Assembly: GCA_032718475.1 (NCBI GenBank)
Contig: JAUCBJ010005597.1
Location: 1-64,000 of the forward strand
Length of the DNA: 64,000 nucleotides
Origin: Nemertoderma westbladi
Taxonomy: Eukaryota > Animalia > Xenacoelomorpha
Reading direction: 5' to 3'
Numbering within the stretch: position 1 is the stretch's first letter; the number at the start of each line of letters is the position of its first letter. A model generated the notes under the pieces. It had not been told where the DNA came from, ran no database searches, and worked only from the letters and a program-made list of their open reading frames with translations. The translations under genes were made by a program, and so were the position numbers. Positions 25,901 to 37,900 of the stretch are shown here, one piece after another.

Positions 25901-28900
25901 TCGTTACTAGTGTAGGACACATTAGCCCGTCGCCATGGCACCGGTGAGAACAGCTGGCCGGCAGGTAAACGTGCTGATAAACTAATCACCAACATAACAT
26001 GCGAGAGAGAGAAACAATGCAACAATAATAATTAGCAGCAATTAATTAATTATTATTAATTAAGCAAGAGAGAGGAAAGTGCCAATATCAATGAAGTACC
26101 GATCACATACTTTAGGACCATGTTACAGAAATTAGGGACCGTGTACAAAATAATGTCACGCCATTTTTGACGATTTTTGACCCCCCCCCCCCCCCCCCCC
26201 CCCCCCATCATCAATGTCACAATCTGTGACTAATTTTGTAATCCCCCTCCCCCCTTGAACATCACGTCACAAAAATAACCAGTATAGTTAATAAAAAAAA
26301 TGTTAATACTAACTAGTTCTGCTACCGATATATTTAGTAATATTTTATTATAATATTAAATATATTACAGTATTAGTATTATAAATATTATATTATAAAA
26401 TAATATTTCTCTATTAGTTCTGGAGGATTTTAAAACATAAAATGGATAGGATATTATTACATTAATATGAGTTAAGCAAAAAGATACGATAAATTCTATA
26501 TTATATGATGAGCTATCAGACGATTTTTGAGCGCTGGCAAAAACCTGTTGGTAAAAGGCCATAGTGGCTCATTTTGAAACCGGATCGAAAGAAAGAATAC
26601 AAGAGAAGAAAATAAGAATAAAAATCATAATAGGGTTATACAGTTTAGTATATACAGACAGACACACATACACTCCGCCCCTCCCCTACCGACCGATAAA
26701 CAAACAAACAAACATAGTAAAAATAAACCAAGTAATCGCGGCTGTAGTGCTGAGAATAGCCTAGTTAATGATGTTGTTTGTTGTACCTGTAATATACTTG
26801 TATACTACTAGTCTAGTTACCGGTAAATAAAATATTTACTCCTCTATGGCATGGTACTCGTTCGAATAAATACTTATTATTTTAGAAATAATATATTTTA
26901 TTGTAATAAGTTTTGTATTTGCAAAATGTATTTTATTTGTTCACACAAAGTGCAATTGTGACGTCACAAGTATAGCTACCCCCCCCCCCCCCCCACTCCC
27001 CTATGCCACAAATTGTCACAAAATTGCAAACCCCTTCCCAGCCCTTCGACCGTGACATAATTTGTGCACGGTCCGGCCCCTAAGGCAATAAAAACATAAT
27101 TTAGTAAATTAATAATTATAATACCTCGAAAACATCGTGCAAATTACAAACATTTAAAATATAAGATGAAATGAAAAAAATTAACACAAAGACAATTTAT
27201 AGCGCGGACAACTAATACCGACACTGCGACACAGACAATAAATATGATATTTCTAACACCAACTTCATGTTAGATTTATTTTATTTTTCATGTCCCCTTA
27301 AGTAAAAAAGTAAAAAAAACATAAACTTATAAATTAAATTTAGACCGAAAATTGAGTCACGGAAATGGGCACAACTTAATTATAACATACTGTAATTGTT
27401 TTAAGAGAATAATTAAACGATTCGACTCCTAGTATATTAGATAAACAGAATTTGTAATATAAAGTTTTTAACAATTAATTAATTATTAATTATTTCGCAA
27501 TTTTAATTGGTAATTATACTTTATTGTGAGCAATTAAAAGCTCAATGAGATTCAAGTTGATTAAGGAAGCAAGGAAAATATTTGATAATATAAATAATAT
27601 TATCAATATTCGCATTATAATAGTCATACCGCCACCAAAAGCATAGCAGTTAAAGGAAACTAACAAGTATAGCGCCACCAGTTTACAATCAAAACATTTC
27701 GTTAAGAAACAATTAATTAAGCGGAAAGCAAAAAAACATCAAAGGTTATTTCGCGAGAAGCATGCCGATCGATTACTCACAGACTTATCGATTATAGTGT
27801 CTATCTCTTCAACACAATCAAAATAGGCCTCATTATTAGTATAGCGAACACCAGTCCGACGCCAGGGTACGTTGGATAACTGGCCGGCAGGTAACTGGTC
27901 GCTTACGCTAGGGGGCGCAAATAAACATTGGGGATGTAAATAAACGATGACGGTAGCCGACAGAACGGGGTGCGGTTAATGTAAATAACCAAATCCGTTA
28001 GTATATAGAATATAGGGGATATTTGATAAAATACAAATTCTTCATGTAAAATGTGAGGATATCAACGCGATCTGTTAAGTGCAAGCGGGTACCATTGGTT
28101 TAGTGTACGTTGGACCCACAGTTAGCTGCGGGTACCATTGGTTTAGTGTACGTTGGACCCACAGTTAGGTGCGGGTACCATTGGTTTAGTGTACGTTGGA
28201 TCCACAGTTAGGTGCGGGTACCATTGGTTTAGTGTACGTTGGATCCACAGTTAGCTGCGGGTACCATTGGTTTAGTGTACGTTGGTCCCACAGTTAGCTG
28301 CGGGTACCATTGGTTTAGTGTACGTTGGATCCACAGTTAGCTGCGGGTACCATTGGTTTAGTGTACGTTGGACCCACAGTTAGCTGCGGGTACCATTGGT
28401 TTAGTGTACGTTGGATCCACAGTTAGCTGCGGGTACCATTGGTTTAGTGTACGTTGGTCCCACAGTTAGCTGCGGGTACCATTGGTTTAGTGTACGTTGG
28501 ATCCACAGTTAGCTGCGGGTACCATTGGTTTAGTGTACGTTGGACCCACAGTTAGCTGCGGGTACCATTGGTTTAGTGTACGTTGGTCCCACAGTTAGCT
28601 GCGGGTACCATTGGTTTAGTGTACGTTGGATCCACAGTTAGCTGCGGGTACCATTGGTTTAGTGTACGTTGGACCCACAGTTAGCTGCGGGTACCATTGG
28701 TTTAGTGTACGTTGGACCCACAGTTAGCTGAGGGCACGATTGGTTTAGTGTACGTTGGATCCACAGTTAGGTGCGGGTACCATTGGTTTAGTGTACGTTG
28801 GAACCATTACAGTTAGCTGCGGGTACCATTGGTTTAGTGTACGTTGGACCCACAGTTAGCTGCGGGTACCATTGGTTTAGTGTACGTTGGACCCACAGTT

Positions 28901-31900
28901 AGCTGCGGGTACCATTGGTTTAGTGTACGTTGGACCCACAGTTAGCTGAGGGCACGATTGGTTTAGTGTACGTTGGATCCACAGTTAGGTGCGGGTACCA
29001 TTGGTTTAGTGTACGTTGGAACCATTACAGTTAGCTGCGGGTACCATTGGTTTAGTGTACGTTGGACCCACAGTTAGCTGCGGGTACCATTGGTTTAGTG
29101 TACGTTGGATCCACAGTTAGCTGCGGGTACCATTGGTTTAGTGTACGTTGGATCCACAGTTAGGTGCGGGTACCATTGGTTTAGTGTACGTTGGAACCAT
29201 TACAGTTAGCTGCGGGTACCATTGGTTTAGTGTACGTTGGACCCACAGTTAGCTGCGGGTACCATTGGTTTAGTGTACGTTGGACCCACAGTTAGCAGCG
29301 GGTACCATTGGTTTAGTATACGTTGGAACCATTACAGTTAGCTGCGGGTACCATTGGTTTAGTGTACGTTGGAACCATTACAGTTAGCTGCGGGTACCAT
29401 TGGTTTAGTGTACGTTGGACCCACAGTTAGCTGCGGGTACCATTGGTTTAGTGTACGTTGGAACCATTACAGTTAGCTGCGGGTACCATTGGTTTAGTGT
29501 ACGTTGGACCCATTACAGTTAGCTGCGGGTACCATTGGTTTAGTGTACGTTGGACCCACAGTTAGCTGCGGGTACCATTGGTTTAGTGTACGTTGGACCC
29601 ACAGTTAGCTGCGGGTACCATTGGTTTAGTGTACGTTGGACCCATTACAGATAGCTGCGGGTACCATTGGTTTAGTGTACGTCGGACCCATTACAGTTAG
29701 CTGCGGGTATCATTGGTTTAGTGAACGTTGGACCCATTACAGTTAGCTGCGGGTACCATTGGTTTAGTGTACGTTGGACCCACAGTTAGCAGCGGGTACC
29801 ATTGGTTTAGTGTACGTTGGAACCATTACAGTTAGCTGCGGGTACCATTGGTTTAGTGTACGTTGGACCCACAGTTAGCTGCGGGTATCATTGGTTTAGT
29901 GAACGTTGGACCCATTACAGTTAGCTGCGGGTACCATTGGTTTAGTGTACGTTGGACCCACAGTTAGCTGAGGGCACGATTGGTTTAGTGTACGTTGGAC
30001 CCACAGTTAGCAGCGGGTACCATTGGTTTAGTGTACGTTGGACCCACAGTTAGCTGCGGGTACCATTGGTTTAGTGTACGTCGGACCCATTACAGTTAGC
30101 TGCGGGTACCATTGGTTTAGTGTACGTTGGACCCACAGTTAGCTGCGGGTACCATTGGTTTAGTGTACGTTGGACCCACAGTTAGCTGCGGGTACCATTG
30201 GTTTAGTGTACGTTGGACCCACAGTTAGCTGCAGCGGGTACCATTGGTTTAGTGTACGTTGGACCCATTACAGTTAGCTGCGGGTAACATTGGTTTAGTG
30301 TACGTTGGACCCACAGTTAGCTGCAGCGGGTACCATTGGTTTAGTGTACGTTGGAACCATTACAGTTAGCTGCGGGTACCATTGGTTTAGTGTACGTTGG
30401 ACCCACAGTTAGCTGCGGGTACCATTGGTTTAGTGTACGTTGGACCCACAGTTAGCTGCGGGTACCATTGGTTTAGTGTACGTTGGACCCATTACAGTTA
30501 GCTGCGGGTACCATTGGTTTAGTGCACGTTGGACCCACAGTTAGCTGCGGGTACCATTGGTTTAGTGTACGTTGGATCCACAGTTAGCTGCGGGTACCAT
30601 TGGTTTAGTGAACGTTGGACCCACAGTTAGCTGCAGCGGGTACCATTGGTTTAGTGTACGTTGGAACCATTACAGTTAGCTGCGGGTACCATTGGTTTAG
30701 TGTACGTTGGATCCACAGTTAGCTGCGGGTACCATTGGTTTAGTGTACGTTGGATCCACAGTTAGCTGCGGGTACCATTGGTTTAGTGTACGTTGGACCC
30801 ACAGTTAGCTGCGGGTACCATTGGTTTAGTGTACATTGGACCCACAGTTAGCTGCGGGTACCATTGGTTTAGTGAACGTTGGACCCACAGTTAGCTGCGG
30901 GTACCATTGGTTTAGTGTACGTTGGATCCACAGTTAGCTACGGGTACCATTGGTTTAGTGTACGTTGGATCCACAGTTAGCTGCGGGTACCATTGGTTTA
31001 GTGTACGTTGGACCCACAGTTAGCTGCGGGTACCATTGGTTTAGTGTACGTTGGATCCACAGTTAGCTGCGGGTACCATTGGTTTAGTGTACATTGGACC
31101 CACAGTTAGCTGCGGGTACCATTGGTTTAGTGTACGTTGGAACCATTACAGTTAGCTGCGGGTACCATTGGTTTAGTGTACGTTGGATCCACAGTTAGCT
31201 ACGGGTACCATTGGTTTAGTGTACGTTGGATCCACAGTTAGCTGCGGGTACCATTGGTTTAGTGTACGTTGGACCCACAGTTAGCTGCGGGTACCATTGG
31301 TTTAGTGTACGTTGGATCCACAGTTAGCTGCGGGTACCATTGGTTTAGTGTACATTGGACCCACAGTTAGCTGCGGGTACCATTGGTTTAGTGTACGTTG
31401 GAACCATTACAGTTAGCTACGGGTACCATTGGTTTAGTGTACGTTGGATCCACAGTTAGCTGCGGGTACCATTGGTTTAGTGAACGTTGGACCCACAGTT
31501 AGCTGCGGGTACCATTGGTTTAGTGTACGTTGGATCCACAGTTAGCTACGGGTACCATTGGTTTAGTGTACGTTGGATCCACAGTTAGCTGCGGGTACCA
31601 TTGGTTTAGTGTACGTTGGACCCACAGTTAGCTGCGGTTACCATTGGTTTAGTGTACGTTGGACCCACAGTTAGGTGCGGGTACCATTGGTTTAGTGTAC
31701 GTTGGAACCATTACAGTTAGCTGCGGGTACCATTGGTTTAGTGTACGTTGGACCCACAGTTAGCTGCAGCGGGTAACATTGGTTTAGTGTACGTTGGAAC
31801 CATTACAGTTAGCTGCGGGTACCATTGGTTTAGTGTACGTTGGATCCACAGTTAGCTGCGGGTACCATTGGTTTAGTGTACGTTGGACCCACAGTTAGCT

Positions 31901-34900
31901 GAGGGCACGATTGGTTTAGTGTACGTTGGACCCACAGTTAGCTGCGGGTACCATTGGTTTAGTGTACGTTGGATCCACAGTTAGCTACGGGTACCATTGG
32001 TTTAGTGTACGTTGGATCCACAGTTAGCTGCGGGTACCATTGGTTTAGTGTACGTTGGATCCACAGTTAGCTGCGGGTACCATTGGTTTAGTGTACGTTG
32101 GACCCACAGTTAGCTGCGGGTACCATTGGTTTAGTGTACGTTGGACCCACAGTTAGCTGCGGGTACCATTGGTTTAGTGTACGTTGGATCCACAGTTAGC
32201 TGCGGGTACCATTGGTTTAGTGTACGTTGGACCCACAGTTAGCTGCGGGTACCATTGGTTTAGTGTACGTTGGACCCACAGTTAGCTGCGGGTACCATTG
32301 GTTTAGTGTACGTTGGAACCATTACAGTTAGCTGCGGGTACCATTGGCGTAGTGTACGTTGGACCCACAGTTAGCTGCGGGTAACATTGGTTTAGTGTAC
32401 GTTGGACCCATTACAGTTAGCTGCGGGTAACATTGGTTTAGTGTACGTTGGACCCACAGTTAGCTGCAGCGGGTACCATTGGTTTAGTGTACGTTGGAAC
32501 CATTACAGTTAGCTGCGGGTACCATTGGCGTAGTGTACGTTGGACCCACAGTTAGCTGCGGGTAACATTGGTTTAGTGTACGTTGGACCCATTACAGTTA
32601 GCTGCGGGTAACATTGGTTTAGTGTACGTTGGACCCATTACAGTTAGCTGCGGGTAACATTGGTTTAGTGTACGTTGGACCCACAGTTAGCTGCGGGTAC
32701 CATTGGTTTAGTGTACGTTGGACCCACAGTTAGCTGCGGGTACCATTGGTTTAGTGTACGTTGGACCCATTACAGTTAGCAGCGGGTACCATTGGTTTAG
32801 TGTACGTTGGACCCACAGTTAGCTGCAGCGGGTACCATTGGTTTAGTGTACGTTGGACCCATTACAGTTAGCAGCGGGTACCATTGGTTTAGTGTACGTT
32901 GGACCCACAGTTAGCTGCAGCGGGTACCATTGGTTTAGTGTACGTTGGACCCACAGTTAGCTGAGGGCACGATTGGTTTAGTGTACGTTGGACCCACAGT
33001 TAGCAGCGGGTACCGTTGGTTTAGTGTACGTTGGACCCACAGTTAGCTGCGGGTACCATTGGTTTAGTGTACGTTGGACCCACAGTTAGCTGCGGGTACC
33101 ATTGGTTTAGTGTACGTTGGACCCACAGTTAGCTGCGGGTACCATTGGTTTAGTGTACGTTGGACCCACAGTTAGCTGAGGGCACGATTGGTTTAGTGTA
33201 CGTTGGACCCACAGTTAGCTGCGGGTACCGTTGGTTTAGTGTACGTTGGACCCACAGTTAGCTGCGGGTAACATTGGTTTAGTGTACGTTGGACCCATTA
33301 CAGTTAGCTGCGGGTACCATTGGTTTAGTGTACGTTGGACCCACAGTTAGCTGCGGGTACCATTGGTTTAGTGTACGTTGGAACCATTACAGTTAGCTGC
33401 GGGTACCATTGGTTTAGTGTACGTTGGACCCACAGTTAGCTGCGGGTACCATTGGTTTAGTGTACGTTGGAACCATTACAGTTAGCTGCGGGTACCATTG
33501 GTTTAGTGTACGTTGGACCCACAGTTAGCTGCGGGTACCATTGGTTTAGTGTACGTTGGACCCACAGTTAGCTGCGGGTACCATTGGTTTAGTGTACGTT
33601 GGACCCACAGTTAGCTGCGGGTACCAGTGGTTTAGTGTACGTTGGAACCATTACAGTTATCTGCGGGTACCATTGGTTTAGTGTACGTTGGACCCACAGT
33701 TAGCTGCGGGTACCATTGGTTTAGTGTACGTTGGACCCACAGTTAGCTGCGGGTACCATTGGTTTAGTGTACGTTGGAACCATTACAGTTAGCTGCGGGT
33801 ACCATTGGTTTAGTGTACGTTGGACCCACAGTTAGCTGCGGGTAACATTGGTTTAGTGTACGTTGGACCCATTACAGTTAGCTGCGGGTACCATTGGTTT
33901 AGTGTACGTTGGACCCACAGTTAGCTGCGGGTACCATTGGTTTAGTGTACGTTGGAACCATTACAGTTAGCTGCGGGTACCATTGGTTTAGTGTACGTTG
34001 GACCCACAGTTAGCTGCGGGTACCATTGGTTTAGTGTACGTTGGAACCATTACAGTTAGCTGCGGGTACCATTGGTTTAGTGTACGTTGGACCCACAGTT
34101 AGCTGCGGGTACCATTGGTTTAGTGTACGTTGGACCCACAGTTAGCTGCGGGTACCAGTGGTTTAGTGTACGTTGGAACCATTACAGTTAGCTGCGGGTA
34201 CCATTGGTTTAGTGTACGTTGGACCCACAGTTAGCTGCGGGTACCATTGGTTTAGTGTACGTTGGACCCACAGTTAGCAGCGGGTACAATTGGTTTAGTG
34301 TACGTTGGAACCATTACAGTTAGCTGCGGGTACCATTGGTTTAGTGTACGTTGGACCCACAGTTAGCTGCGGGTACCATTGGTTTATTGTACGTTGGAAC
34401 CATTACAGTTAGCTGCGGGTACCATTGGTTTAGTGTACGTTGGAACCATTACAGTTAGCTGCGGGTACCATTGGTTTAGTGTACGTTGGAACCATTACAG
34501 TTAGCTGCGGGTACCATTGGTTTAGTGTACGTTGGACCCACAGTTAGCTGCGGGTACCATTGGTTTAGTGTACGTTGGACCCACAGTTAGCTACGGGTAC
34601 CATTGGTTTAGTGTACGTTGGAACCATTACAGTTAGCTGCGGGTACCATTGGTTTAGTGTACGTCGGACCCATTACAGTTAGCTGCGGGTACCATTGGTT
34701 TAGTGTACGTCGGACCCATTACAGTTAGCTGCGGGTACCATTGGTTTAGTGTACGTTGGACCCACAGTTAGCAGCGGGTACCATTGGTTTAGTGTACGTT
34801 GGAACCATTACAGTTAGCTGCGGGTACCATTGGTTTAGTGTACGTTGGACCCACAGTTAGCTGCGGGTACCATTCGTTTAGTGTACGTTGGAACCATTAC

Positions 34901-37900
34901 AGTTAGCTGCGGGTATCATTGGTTTAGTGTACGTTGGACCCATTACAGAACATACCGTTACATCGCACTAACTTGGATTTCCCAGTGACTGTATTAACCA
35001 CTGAACGAAGTATATTTGGGGGTCTGATGAGTTCTTGAAGAATGTTCGACTCGGTTGCCAGGGGAAACCCATTGTCTAGCATTTCCTCTAAAAGCTAAAA
35101 TATTTTTAATTTTAATAATATTAATTTTATACAGGAGTGTATCTAGTCAAATAACATTATATATTAACTTGATTATGGTGAACGGCTACGCAATCAGATA
35201 GATTTGGTTGGATTGATTGCTTATATACAAACAGAACTGTAAAGATACATCCACCGCCACCAATATAATTATTAGGAACCGCAGGTTACTTGCTGTAACA
35301 AGTCTACCCTGAAATGAATCTATGTTGGTTGATAGATTGAGTTAGTGTGATAGATTAATTAATTATTGAGTGATCAAATTGAAAACGGCTCTAACAATAT
35401 TCAAAATATTTTCAACAAGGGTAGATACATTTAAAGTCACTCGAAAATTTTCAGACTAAGGGGGTCAGGGGTCTAGCAATGCGATGCTCTGATTGGCTAA
35501 TACTGAACCTCGAAAAAACTCGACTACTGGTAATCAAAAACGAAATTTTTCAATTCTCGCTAGGAATATCCCACACCATTTATCAGCTGTATCTGTATGT
35601 ATACTTTGGGAGGGTCGAGACCAGATAATATGAACTAACTATTATAAAACCAAATGAAATATGCTAGAATTTCAGTTTCTTTACTGCCAAGGTTGCAAGG
35701 TTCCACCTTGGTGTGTAGTAGTTGCATTGAATTCACATCTCCCATAGGTCGTGGGTTCGATCCTCGCATTGGCCAGGGCAGTTTTCGTTTCGGCACGAAT
35801 GCTTTGAAGGGACCAGCCAGGGCGCATAGCTGCCTTTCATCCTTAAATGGTTGCTAAATGTGTACTGGAGTTTCCTCTGGAGAGTATTAACTGTTTTAGG
35901 TAGCTAAATGAGTACTGGAGTTTACTCTGGGGAGTATAGTTCTTGGGGGACCGCACTGGAAATAAGTCGTCAGAGTTTGTGCGTAATCCCTGGCCTAACG
36001 GCCAAAGAGAATTTATTTTTTTACATTATACCGCATCGCGGTGTGTCCAAGTAGTTTAATTACAAACAGACTCAACTCGCCTCGTAAACGACAACTAAGT
36101 TGTCCTTTATTGTAGTCTCATTGCATTCTTGGAAGTAATCGTTGAAGGTATCCACCACGCGGTAGAGAAACTCCAGAACGAAAAGTGGAGGAACTAGAAA
36201 TAAATTATTAGTTACGAATTAATGATAAAATGTTCTATTTAGATAAAAGAGTTAGTATTGTTGGCTGGACCTGTGCTGTGTGCTCGTGTGAAATAAATGT
36301 TCTATTTCAGAGGAGGCGGGAGGGGGTGAATGCGGAGGCGGGAGGGGGTGAATGTGGAGGCGGGAGGGGGTGAATGCGGAGGCGGGAGGGGGTGAATGTG
36401 GAGGCGGGAGGGGGTGAATGCGGAGGCGGGAGGCGGTGAATGCGGAGGCGGGAGGGGGTGAATGCGGAGGCGGGAGGCGGTGAATGCGGAGGCGGGAGGC
36501 GGTGAATGCGGAGGCGGGAGGGGGTGAATGCGGAGGCGGGAGGGGGTGAATGTGGAGGCGGGAGGGGGTGAATGCGGAGGCGGGAGGCGGTGAATGCGGA
36601 GGCGGGAGGGGGTGAATGCGGAGGCGGGAGGCGGTGAATGCGGAGGCGGGAGGCGGTGAATGCGGAGGCGGGAGGGGGTGAATGCGGAGGCGGGAGGCGG
36701 TGAATGCGGAGGCGGGAGGCGGTGAATGCGGAGGCGGGAGGGGGTGAATGCGGAGGCGGGAGGCGGTGAATGCGGAGGCGGGAGGCGGTGAATGCGGAGG
36801 CGGGAGGCGGTGAATGCGGAGGCGGGAGGGGGTGAATGCGGAGGCGGGAGGGGGTGAATGTGGAGGCGGGAGGGGGTGAATGCGGAGGCGGGAGGCGGTG
36901 AATGCGGAGGCGGGAGGGGGTGAATGCGGAGGCGGGAGGCGGTGAATGCGGAGGCGGGAGGGGGTGAATGCGGAGGCGGGAGGCGGTGAATGCGGAGGCG
37001 GGAGGCGGTGAATGCGGAGGCGGGAGGCGGTGAATGCGGAGGCGGGAGGGGGTGAATGCGGAGGCGGGAGGGGGTGAATGTGGAGGCGGGAGGGGGTGAA
37101 TGCGGAGGCGGGAGGGGGTGAATGCGGAGGCGGGAGGGGGTGAATGCGGAGGCGGGAGGCGGTGAATGCGGAGGCGGGAGGGGGTGAATGCGGAGGCGGG
37201 AGGCGGTGAATGCGGAGGCGGGAGGCGGTGAATGCGGAGGCGGGAGGGGGTGAATGCGGAGGCGGGAGGCGGTGAATGCGGAGGCGGGAGGCGGTGAATG
37301 CGGAGGCGGGAGGGGGTGAATGCGGAGGCGGGAGGCGGTGAATGCGGAGGCGGGAGGCGGTGAATGCGGAGGCGGGAGGCGGTGAATGCGGAGGCGGGAG
37401 GGGGTGAATGCGGAGGCGGGAGGGGGTGAATGTGGAGGCGGGAGGGGGTGAATGCGGAGGCGGGAGGCGGTGAATGCGGAGGCGGGAGGGGGTGAATGCG
37501 GAGGCGGGAGGCGGTGAATGCGGAGGCGGGAGGCGGTGAATGCGGAGGCGGGAGGGGGTGAATGCGGAGGCGGGAGGCGGTGAATGCGGAGGCGGGAGGC
37601 GGTGAATGCGGAGGCGGGAGGGGGTGAATGCGGAGGCGGGAGGGGGTGAATGCGGAGGCGGTGAATGCGGAGGCGGGAGGGGGTGAATGCGGAGGCGGGA
37701 GGGGGTGAATGCGGAGGCGGGAGGCGGTGAATGCGGAGGCGGGAGGCGGTGAATGCGGAGGCGGGAGGGGGTGAATGCGGAGGCGGTGAATGCGGAGGCG
37801 GGAGGCGGTGAATGCGGAGGCGGGAGGGGGTGAATGCGGAGGCGGGAGGGGGTGAATGCGGAGGCGGGAGGGGGTGAATGCGGAGGCGGGAGGCGGTGAA

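Noticed and set aside
25747-26025. 92-aa ORF as a stand-alone gene or a second AP3M paralog
   Set aside because: Only the 130-nt core bounded by AG/GT is homologous to AP3M and no other exon is duplicated, so it is treated as alternative exon 5b.
15835-34948. CRISPR-like appearance of the 41-, 43-, 48- and 49-bp arrays
   Set aside because: Units are head-to-tail with no unique spacers, there are no cas genes, and the context is a spliceosomal-intron eukaryotic gene.
35699-35780. Possible tRNA gene (also at 45450-45524)
   Set aside because: A and B boxes are present but I could not form a proper cloverleaf, and both copies continue into a shared ~200-bp body and tail, so they are SINE heads.
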